A stretch of 63,447 nt of DNA, counting the filler, from Octopus bimaculoides (Eukaryota): NCBI RefSeq assembly GCF_001194135.2. It is 4 parts of 3 records of this genome, joined end to end, with 100 filler letters (N's around TTAATTAATTAA, not from the genome) between each part and the next. Parts side by side here need not be neighbours in the genome. Positions count along the whole stretch, not along the records: positions 26,566 to 56,171 come from NC_068981.1; positions 56,272 to 61,276 come from NC_068981.1; positions 61,377 to 63,447 come from NW_026296421.1; 1 more part is not named here. One strand, given 5' to 3'. The notes beneath the pieces were generated by a model, which made no database searches, was not told the DNA's origin, and saw nothing but the letters and a program-made list of their open reading frames with translations. Of the stretch, positions 54,364 through 63,447 are shown piece by piece (position 1 is the first letter of the stretch; the number at the start of each line of letters is the position of its first letter). The position numbers and the translations under genes are program-made.

Positions 54364-54639
54364 AGTTACCTATGTAACAACCGCAGCCGTTTTTTCTTTC
54401 AGACACCGCTCTATATTTGCATACTCGCTATTTCTCTCCCCGTTTTTCTTTTCTTTATATTTATATGGTCTCTCCGACGTGTAATGCTTCTGATTTTACT
54501 ACTTGGTACGTTTGCTTGATCTTTGTTGCCTAAGTATAGTTCTCGTTCTCTTTCCCCTTCTAACCCAGATCCCACACATACTTGGAAACAAAAAGTGAGC
54601 AACTACTACATATAAAAAAGGAACACGAAAAATGAGAGC

Positions 54640-55140
54640 GCCTTTCCCTATACAAAGGAGGTTACAGAATACAAACCAAAAACAAATTTGACTGAAACAC
54701 TCATCTCATATGATGACACAGGATAAATGGGCAAAGACACAAAAGATAATATGAATGCAGAACTACAAACAATACAAAAGAAGAAATGGAGAGAAAAATA
54801 ACTCCATGGCCAATACCTTGAAATGTTTGACAGAGCCTAGGTGAAAGCTAATAATGGCTCACAAGCTCTAGACTAAAAGCAGAAACGAAACGATTGATAC
54901 TTGCAGCACAAGACTAATGTCCAAACACAAACATCAATGCAATCAAAATAGGGGTAAAAGACTCTGAATGTACGTCCAGCACAATGAGACAATTGACATC
55001 ATTTCTAGCTGTCCGGTCCTAGTCAAATCTAAATATATATACACACTTGTCCGAGTAAGTAGTTATATCCACTGGACAATATGCCAAAACTACAATTTAA
55101 ATTCCAACAAGAAATGGTATGAACATGTGCAAAACAAGAC
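54640..55140 (+). mobile_element. Old R4/Dong-type fragment (pre-knuckle and CCHC region)
   Basis: KKKWREK.LHGQY, WLTSSRLKAETKRLILAAQD, IISSCPVLVKSKYIY...SSYIHWTICQNY...KKWYEH. Confidence 0.8.
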
Positions 55141-55261
55141 ACATGACAACTACTAGGTCACAATATTTTCGTATATTTTACTCCAGTGTCACTTTAATGG
55201 CTTGCGCTGATCTTTCACTCAACAATGATAAAGATAAATATTACTACTACAAGTATAAAGC

Positions 55262-55423
55262 CTAAAATTTTGTGGGAGTGAACTAGTCGCTAACATCGAC
55301 CCCAGTGTTTCGCCGACGCTTAATCTATCGACCCCGAATGAGGATAGGCAAAACCGACCTCAGCAGAATTGGAACTGAGAACATAACGCCCAGCCTGCTA
55401 ATGATTTTGCCATCTCACCACCT
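55262..55423 (-). mobile_element. Decayed SINE (51575 family)
   Basis: Reverse complement: aaggtggtgagatggcaaaatcattagc...gttctcagttccaattctgctgaggtcgg...cggggtcgatagattaag...actggggtcgatgt. Confidence 0.75.
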
Positions 55424-56171
55424 TAATTAACATTGGTCTCTGGAAATAGATTTTGGCTCTTACGTATTTTATTTTCTACCGACCTGTCTTTGAAAACAGA
55501 TTGTGCTATTCGAAGGGTTGTGACTGGAGTAGAAAGCCATTGCTTTGCAAGTTGTAGCGTTGGGGGAAAGAAAGCAATTACATCTGACCGATATGGAAAC
55601 AGAGATAATGATATTTATATTAACAAATATATGACTTTTAACGAAAACATCAAAATGTGCAAAATGAACCAACAAAAATAAAGTTTTAAAATTTCAAACG
55701 TCCATGAGTATAGCTGTACTACCTGACATCAAGGGGACGAAATATTGGATAACAATGTCAAGAAGCTATGAATAAAGTTTGGAAATCGAAGGCCTTTATG
55801 AACAGTACATCGATTCTTAGAATAAAAAACAACATTTCAGCACGAAAACAGTGATATTTTACATCGATGTAAGTAGCGATATAATAGATTTATATGTGGC
55901 ACCACCAGTATGAATACCATAGGGCTTCTGGTTATAAATAAACCCAGAGAACAAATCTTGATGTTGCTGAAGATAAACGAATGCAAACAAGGTTATAGAT
56001 GTTACATGGGTTTATTAATAAAATTATCATAATATTCTTATTAGTAAACCGATTAAAGACAGCCTTGAGTAAAGAGAAATTAATTGTGAATACTAATTTC
56101 CTGTAAGTGACAGTGAGCGAGATCACATGAATCATACGGAGCAGGGACTTGCAAACGCATGCATTATATAT

Positions 56172-56271
56172 NNNNNNNNNNNNNNNNNNNNNNNNNNNNN
56201 NNNNNNNNNNNNNNNTTAATTAATTAANNNNNNNNNNNNNNNNNNNNNNNNNNNNNNNNNNNNNNNNNNNN
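56172..56271. other. Artificial 100-nt scaffold spacer
   Basis: N44-TTAATTAATTAA-N44. Confidence 0.95.
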
Positions 56272-56310
56272 ACACAGACAATACAGAAGAACTGTTCTAT
56301 AGAAACCACT

Positions 56311-56436
56311 TTTTATTGATCTTGAAAGAATGACAGGCCATGTTGACTTTGGAAGGATTTGAACTCAGATCCGCTGGAATGAATGTCGTCGAGCATTTTA
56401 TGCAATGCTCTAACGACTTTGCTAATTAACCATCCT
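56311..56436 (-). mobile_element. Decayed SINE (51575 family), head and B box
   Basis: Reverse complement: ttagcaaagtcgttagagc...aaaatgctcgacgacatt...tctgagttcaaatccttccaaagtcaac. Confidence 0.65.
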
Positions 56437-58189
56437 GGAAGAGTACAGAGAGAGACAGAAACAATACCTCTAAAGTGCGAAAACTCTAGACTACTACATA
56501 AGCTCCAAATAGTAACGCACACAAACAAATACACACACACACACACACACACACACANNNNNNNNNNNNNNNNNNNNNNNNNNNNNNNNNNNNNNNNNNN
56601 NNNNGAATCATATTTATTCCGGGAATATTTGGAACAACTGGCTAATTCTGACATCTGCTACCAATTTCTAAAGAGTGAATTTTACCTCATTTCCAAATTA
56701 CTTTCTAATTAGTTTCTTTATTATAATTAACTACTTTATTAGAAGTTTAGAACTTGCATTTTGCTACGTAGATAAAGACTTCGTTTCTTTCCACCGTTTT
56801 TCTTTTAAAGCTAATATTCTGTTTCTTTTATTAAAGTTTATCTTTTTCTTTGGAAACAGATTTAAAACAGCTGGAGTTTCCTGAAAATAAAAATAAAGAA
56901 ATATCCAGGAATCAAAATAGTAGCAAGGATTTCTTAAAACGGTAAACGGCACCAAACTGGAGGAGGAAAAATCAAGTCCAGTAAGATTCTAACTTGGAAG
57001 GATGAAACTAAATATTGAAAGGGATTTAGCGCTCTTCTTTGCCATTTCTGTAATTCCACAGAACTTAATATAGTGGAAGAAATTTTCTCATAAACTTCTG
57101 GTATATTCCATATTTAATTATACCGAGGAATCCGCAAGCTATATTAATTCTGACTGCTAGATCTAATATGGGATTGTACCATAAAATATGTTTCTTTTTC
57201 TATCCTTACGCTGTGCATTATTAGTGTGTGGNNNNNNNNNNNNNNNNNNNNNNNNNNNNNNNNNNNNNNNNNNNNNNNNNNNNNNNCGCTTTTACGCTTA
57301 TCTTGAAGAACCCGATATCTTCTTGGCATTTTACAGATTCGGAAAAAAAATGTAATTTATTTCGATATTACTGACAGTGAAGACACCTGAATATACTGAA
57401 AATTCTTTGATGCTCCGCCAATTCTGTTATTTCATATACCTGAAATAAACCATTTCTTCTGATACTCTTCCTGCTACTCAACGGACCTGAAAACGCCGAC
57501 AGTCAATTATTTTCACACTCCCACCAGACTCCCACAACTGAAATCACTACAAGTTATTTCACCTAATACTCAACCATTTCTGTAAAATATTGATTTCTAA
57601 TATCAATATAAGGTCACAAATTGTACCGGAAGTGTTTCGTGGGATTCAATGATTTTGTTTGAAGAAATGGAAGCTGCCCGTAACCTTCGCAAACAATGGA
57701 GCTTTTGTGGGATCGACGTGGTTGGAGTCCCTTATCAACATTTTCGAGAGGTTGGTTATCAGAAGCGCCACCAGCTCCCTTGAATCCCGGAGAGGATGTT
57801 TCCAAAGAGGATGGTCAAGGTGAAGTGTGTAGGATCTGGGGTGGTGGGTGCATTATGAATGGTGAGAGGAGGAGGTTGAGTAAATGGAACAAGACCTATC
57901 ACCTGACAGGGGCAAATATAGTAGCGGTAAGATAGCTGGTGATATGACCCCAGTACATAACATGAATTTATTTCATAATGAAAGATAAATGCAGTTTAAG
58001 TAGTACTTGATTCCGGGAGCACGGATTCCAAAAAATATTACCTTTGTCTCTATCATCAATCAATACAGAGGTCAAACTGGTTATTATTTACATGGTAAGT
58101 TATTGGCAACGCACAGTATAAGTCTTTCACCAACACATCTAAAAACATACTTTTTGTCTCAAATTATTTTCTAAAGTTGCAACTGATTA

Positions 58190-58615
58190 AAATATGTCAG
58201 GGAACAGAATAGATAAACGTTGTTATGTTTGAGAATATTATGGCGGAACCAAGCAAATATCGTTTAAAATCATGAAAGAGATAGCATTATAGACAGAATG
58301 TAGTTGAAATGTAATTCGATTGTCTGAGACTGGTGACCAAGAGAACCCTTGAACTCATCATGTAATATGTGCCAGAGGTTAATCTATTTTAGAAGAATGG
58401 TTAAGAGGTGCGAATATAGCTATGCTCTTTGGTATTCCCAGAATACTGAGATATATAAGAATAATCATTATTAGGATTGCTAGTTCTGTATGTTTAAAGC
58501 TGCTGTACTTTAGTAGAAGATGTGAAGACGTCAAATTCTTTAATACCTCGGCAAACTGTCTGTTAGTGTTCCTGTTTGTCATGGAGCAAGTTTACCTGTA
58601 TCACAGCCCCAAGGG
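58190..58615 (+). mobile_element. Relic N-terminal zinc-finger region of a Chapaev(3)-type (CMC superfamily) DNA transposase
   Basis: CYV*EY (58221), then in one frame from 58332 GDQENP*THHVICARG*SILEEWLRGANIAMLFGIPRILR, frameshift to KNNHY*DC*FCM, then VPVCHGASLPVSQP. This follows the pattern I recall as FCYVCGE / GDQDK.WAPH..C / MPF.VPM.WRE..NH..DCYFC / PVPH...LPVP. The superfamily name is from memory and needs confirming. Confidence 0.65.
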
Positions 58616-58917
58616 ATTGTAAATAATATCAATTGTAACAATATTAATTTGTAACTTGTGCTTCTAGTCAATGAAAACCTGTAAGCTGAGCTAAGAAGAT
58701 CTTAATAACTAAAAGTACAACTGCTCTTCGTTGGAAGCCTATATCCACCTCAGACTCTTACGCACTTGATACAAACGAAAGAAGATGACAGTTAAATACT
58801 TAATTGCCGCAACCAGTTACACATAATTCAATTGAGTTATGTTTGAGTATTACAAAATACTCGCCTTAATGCTTGGATGCTGCCAGGAAGCCTCTGAAAA
58901 GCATTTTTAAAGTTTAA

Positions 58918-59232
58918 TTTTTCTTAAAGAAACACTTAATGTCCCTTCCCCCACCTCGGCCACCCGTCACCTACCCGCTTTCAAAAAGCTAAAATCTCCC
59001 AATGTTTCACCTTCGTCTAATGTTTCACGCATGTGTAAAATTGTACTGAAATAGCATACATAAAAAGTGCCAGACTACCACCAGGAAACCCGACATGCTA
59101 GAAACAACAGGTAAACGAAAAAACTTCCTCGCTTTCCAAATAGAGAGTTTGAGAGTTTGTAGCTTTTTGAAAGTGGTGATGTGATGGGTGGATGCCTGGG
59201 AAGGAGATTTTAATGTTTTTTTAAGAAAAAAG
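58918..59232. repeat. Imperfect inverted repeat of about 85 bp (58918-59000 / 59150-59232) with a spacer of about 150 bp; MITE-like
   Basis: tttttcttaaagaaaca...cccttccc...ccacccgtcac...ctttcaaaaagctaaaatctc vs the reverse complement of the right arm ttttttcttaaaaaaaca...tccttccc...ccacccatcac...ctttcaaaaagctacaaactctc. Confidence 0.65.
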
Positions 59233-59623
59233 GAAGAAGAAAATTCTTAAAGATTCGTACTCTGTTTTTCTTTTTCTCCTTCCTTAACAGAAGAAGTCAG
59301 ACATTTAAAAAAAGATAACATGGGGAGGGAGAAAATTAAGATATTGAGAACGTGATTTTGGGGTGAAATCGTAATCTCCTGTATCGAAAACGGAAATCGG
59401 AAGAAATTTAGGAAAAAATCATTGGAGGGCGCGAAAATGTCACCTTGGACATACTAGACACAACAGGTAAAGATTAGGATTTCTGGGAAAACTTCGTTTT
59501 TAAATATGCTCATCACAAAAACACAAATTACAGAATAGGAAAAGGTAATTTCAATTGGATTTGAGCTGTAATTTTGCGTGTACACACAGCAAGAAATAAC
59601 ATAATTCGCACAGAACTTTGACC

Positions 59624-59633
59624 GTGTGTGTGT

Positions 59634-59712
<79 letters not shown>
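59624..59712. repeat. (TG)n microsatellite
   Basis: Direct reading. Confidence 0.95.
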
Positions 59713-59716
<4 letters not shown>

Positions 59717-60365
59717 ATATAAACAGCGGATTGGAATATTTCACCAAAAAGGAGAATTATAATTGTCACTAAATGTGACTAGAGCATTAAGAAACACCTA
59801 CATTGCTAGAAATAAGAGCTAAATGCTCTAATGCTGTAGTTAACACACATGAATGAAAACATATATACTAACAGAGACCTGAATCGTCCAAAAAGTGCCG
59901 ATCGAGAATTCTTAATACTGACGTCAGTTTCACCAATTTCCGTTGCCTCATCTGTTAATCCCACTCAATCTCGGCTATTTTCGGACTTGCTTCTTTATTA
60001 GTATATCTTTTCCTCATCCAAATTAATGAGCGATTTAGCGATTCGCTAATGTGTGAACATATATGTGCGGGTGTGTCTGTGTGTACCTGTGTATATGTTT
60101 GTATTGTACTTGTTCGGCTGATTATTTCTATAAGTGGAACAGTAAAAATATGAAAGGCATTTCTAAATATGAACATGTAAAAACTGCACCATTCTCTCTA
60201 AATTCCAGCAAATGAAATTTGTTTCTTTTTTAAGAAGCAGCTCGTTCCTTAATAGGAGAAATCAGATATTTAAGAAAGATAACATACACACTTTCTCGTA
60301 TACACACAAATTCACTTTCCTGTTTTGTATATTAGAAATGCCGATATGTCATTAAGTTGCACAGA

Positions 60366-60412
<47 letters not shown>

Positions 60413-61190
60413 TGCGTGTGCATGTGCGTTTATATGTGTATGTATATATATATGAGTATGTATGTATTTACACACACACACACATATATATATTCACACC
60501 CGATATAAGCTAATATACGCTCTTTCGTCATTTAGTTACATCGTACACACAGCAAAATGAATCGCCATCTGTTTTAAAGTATAATTTATTATCACAATTT
60601 GCCAATTTAGCTTCAATTTCCGCTTAATGAAATTATCTGGTTGCCTATATGGATGTATATATTTTGAAAGACATTTGTCCAATGGATACATCGACGTAAT
60701 AATTTCTCCTGTTTGTCTGTTTTTATTATTTCCCTATTTGTCGGAACATTGTTACATCTGTAAAACTGCAACAAACACAGGAGACTCTCTTATTTTACGC
60801 TCTATTCACTGTTGAATGCAGGAAATGAATAGGATTTGACAGTGTTTAATGTTCAAATCATTTCCTATCCGTTTAAATATTAAATCTCATTATCAATTAG
60901 AGGCACGAAATAAATAACAATTCTATTGGCAGGAATTAGACTTAACTTAATTTTAATTTCTAAATTTCAAGTTGTAAAATAAATAACTTTCGTTAAATTA
61001 TTTATAATTTGTGTTCGATTCGTTTCGTGCCGTGGTGGTGTNNNNNNNNNNNNNNNNNNNNNNNNNNNNNNNNNNNNNNNNNGGGGGGGGGGGCTGTGCG
61101 TCTTCTTCTCTGACTTGATACCATTTTAGAATCTATTAATAAGTATACATACGCCCATTAATACATATATGGATAAATAGGCAAACAGAC

Positions 61191-61191
<1 letters not shown>

Positions 61192-61260
<69 letters not shown>

Positions 61261-61276
61261 GTAGGTAGATAGGTAG
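61192..61276. repeat. (GATA)n/(GGTA)n microsatellite
   Basis: Direct reading. Confidence 0.95.
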
Positions 61277-61376
61277 NNNNNNNNNNNNNNNNNNNNNNNN
61301 NNNNNNNNNNNNNNNNNNNNTTAATTAATTAANNNNNNNNNNNNNNNNNNNNNNNNNNNNNNNNNNNNNNNNNNNN
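61277..61376. other. Artificial 100-nt scaffold spacer
   Basis: N44-TTAATTAATTAA-N44. Confidence 0.95.
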
Positions 61377-61503
61377 CCAGTACCAACACCAACACCTCCA
61401 CCTCCACCATCAGAACTAGCACCACCTCCACCACCACCGATGATAGCGACAGCACGAACTTGGATGCCAACAATAATATGACCAAAATCACCGCCATCAA
61501 CGC

Positions 61504-61535
<32 letters not shown>

Positions 61536-62533
61536 GCACGACCAACAACTACAACAACAACGTCAATATTAGCAACAACATCAACAATTATAACAATAAC
61601 TTTTGAAAATCTGAACGAAAGAAAATGAGATACGTGATATCTTGTCAAAATGAGATATGTGATATCTTGTCAAAAAGACAATCTCGAGGGGGTAAAAAAA
61701 AACCGTTTAATAAAAGACAAAACGCTATTTTTCAAAAATATTAAGAAAAAAGAAACAGCGAAAAAAAAAAAAACCGGAAAACATCGGAAGAAAACATAAA
61801 CAAGATTCATATCCACCATTTAATTCCGTCACATCCATTTACACAATCGCAAACACACCAACGCTTCCATCTGAATTTGTTATGATTTCTCTCCCATCCG
61901 TTTAGTTTTGCCATTTCTTCTCGCCAAAACCCAGTATTGTTTCTCTTCTGCCTCCGAAGTTCGCACCATTGCTCTACTGCGTTCACACCAAACGATATTC
62001 CCCCCCCCCCNNNNNNNNNNNNNNNNNNNNNNNNNNNNNNNNNNNNNNNNNNNNNNNNNNNNNNNNNNNNNNNNNNNNNNNNNNNNNNNNNNNNNNNNNN
62101 NNNNNNNNNNNNNNNNNNNNNNNNNNNNNNNNNNNNNNNNNNNNNNNNNNNNNNNNNNNNNNNNNNNNNNNNNNNNNNNNNNNNNNNNNNNNNNNNNNNN
62201 NNNNNNNNNNNNNNNNNNNNNNNNNNNNNNNNNNNNNNNNNNNNNNNNNNNNNNNNNNNNNNNNNNNNNNNNNNNNNNNNNNNNNNNNNNNNNNNNNNNN
62301 NNNNNNNNNNNNNNNNNNNNNNNNNNNNNNNNNNNNNNNNNNNNNNNNNNNNNNNNNNNNNCACCTCTGACACATCGCATTGTATGTCTTTTTTTAGCCT
62401 CCGAAAAAAAAAACTCGCCATTAAAATTATTATTACTTTTTTTTTTAATATTTTCCTCCCGTCCGCCACCATTACGCCCAAGAAAAAAGAAGTAAAACAG
62501 ATAAAGTAAAGAGAAATGAAAAAAAGAACGATT

Positions 62534-62675
62534 CAGGCATGGCTGTGTGGTAAGAAACTTGCTTCCCAACCATATGGTTCTGGGTTCAGTCCCACTGCAT
62601 GGCACCTTGGGCAAGTTTCTTCTACTATAGCCACGGGCCAACCAAAGTCTTCTGGGTGGATGTGGTAGATGTAAG
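62534..62675 (+). mobile_element. tRNA-derived SINE head (same family as 22279-22433)
   Basis: A box tggctgtgtgg (62540-62550), B box ggttcagtccc (62583-62593), then ggcaccttgggcaagt...tactatagcc. Confidence 0.85.
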
Positions 62676-62779
62676 TATGTGTACATACATTTATACGTAT
62701 ATATATATGCATATGTGGGCACAGGGCGTCCTGAAACGTGTACAACAAAAAATATGAAGTATGAGTACATGAAATATGA

Positions 62780-63360
62780 ACTAATCTTTCGAACAACGAA
62801 AGACACAAATGGAAAACAAAACAAACAACACAAAAAACGACCCTTCATCAGTTGTTGACTGTTTTTCTACTCTCGTATTTCGAGCATTTAACAACAAGAT
62901 ATGCTTTCGATAAAACAGTTGCTCCCGCAAAGAAAATTACATGAAATTTGGTATTTTTGCAGAGGGTTAAAATTGTTAACACAAACAGGACAGTGAAAAT
63001 AAACAGGAAGGGCTGCTCAGCCTAAACGAGATTTATGGGGGTGAACGCGTAAATCAAGCTTGGACAGGAGACAGACTTCTTCCTTGATTCGGCTACAACG
63101 AAGAGAGAGAAAGAAGCACAAGTTAGGAAAATGATGGCCGATGGTCACGTGGGAGCCACGTGAGCAAGGGAGAAGGAGTGAAGGAGAGAGAGTGACAGAC
63201 AGAGAACTTTGAAGAGGAGAGGAGTAAATTGGAGATAAGATAGGTGAAAAAAAAAACAGAAGGGGAAAAGGGGAGAAAGGAAGAGAGAAAAAGCGAAAGA
63301 ATAAAAAGTTAGAATTATTTAGATAAAAGTTACTTGGAAGAGGATGCGTGGCGTTCAACT
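62780..63360 (-). mobile_element. Probable PLE-associated repeat with intact hammerhead boxes
   Basis: On -: ctgatga (62851-62845), a, ggg..., a long T-rich insert, then cgaaa (62791-62787); long pyrimidine tract on - (63100-63330) like that at 31145-31330. Confidence 0.45.
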
Positions 63361-63447
63361 ATATAATAATATAAATAATATATACATATATGTATATATA
63401 CATACGTACATGTACATACATCTATACATCTATACATACATACATAC

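Noticed and set aside
57630-57935. GC-richer coding-like patch (MEAARNLRKQWSFCGIDVVG...)
   Set aside because: No recognisable domain, stops in all frames and no clear splice pattern. A BLASTX would be needed.
61622-61671. 25-bp tandem duplication
   Set aside because: An ordinary slippage duplication with no further structure.
61807-62010. Possible RTE remnant on the minus strand
   Set aside because: Motif similarity is too weak to call.

Overview
AT-rich, microsatellite-dense, gap-ridden eukaryotic DNA. The SINE families and repeat make-up suggest a coleoid cephalopod such as Octopus (inference from sequence recognition, not a database search). I cannot support any host protein-coding exon, RNA gene or CRISPR array. 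The window is a transposon graveyard with: (i) more than a dozen decayed fragments of R4/Dong-type non-LTR retrotransposons (RT, CCHC zinc knuckle, restriction-like endonuclease), most of them beside (TAA)n tracts in the element-sense orientation; (ii) a HERO/NeSL-type RLE LINE 3' end; (iii) Penelope-like element (PLE) remnants with degenerate hammerhead-ribozyme cores; (iv) several tRNA-derived SINEs; (v) a Chapaev-type DNA transposase relic; (vi) CR1/L2 and RTE 3' ends; (vii) two diverged L1/Tx1-like 5' ends, each joined to the same 40-bp SINE head. The most interesting signals are the possible SINE-targeting LINE (1-2102), a microhomology-flanked inverted templated insertion apparently copied from a LINE about 2.2 kb away (30438-30705), and a snap-back hairpin at a LINE 5' truncation (24843-24898). 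Three N44-TTAATTAATTAA-N44 blocks are artificial scaffold joins, so adjacency across them is unreliable. Most long ORFs in the supplied track are artefacts of N runs or microsatellites. All identities and alignments were made by eye.
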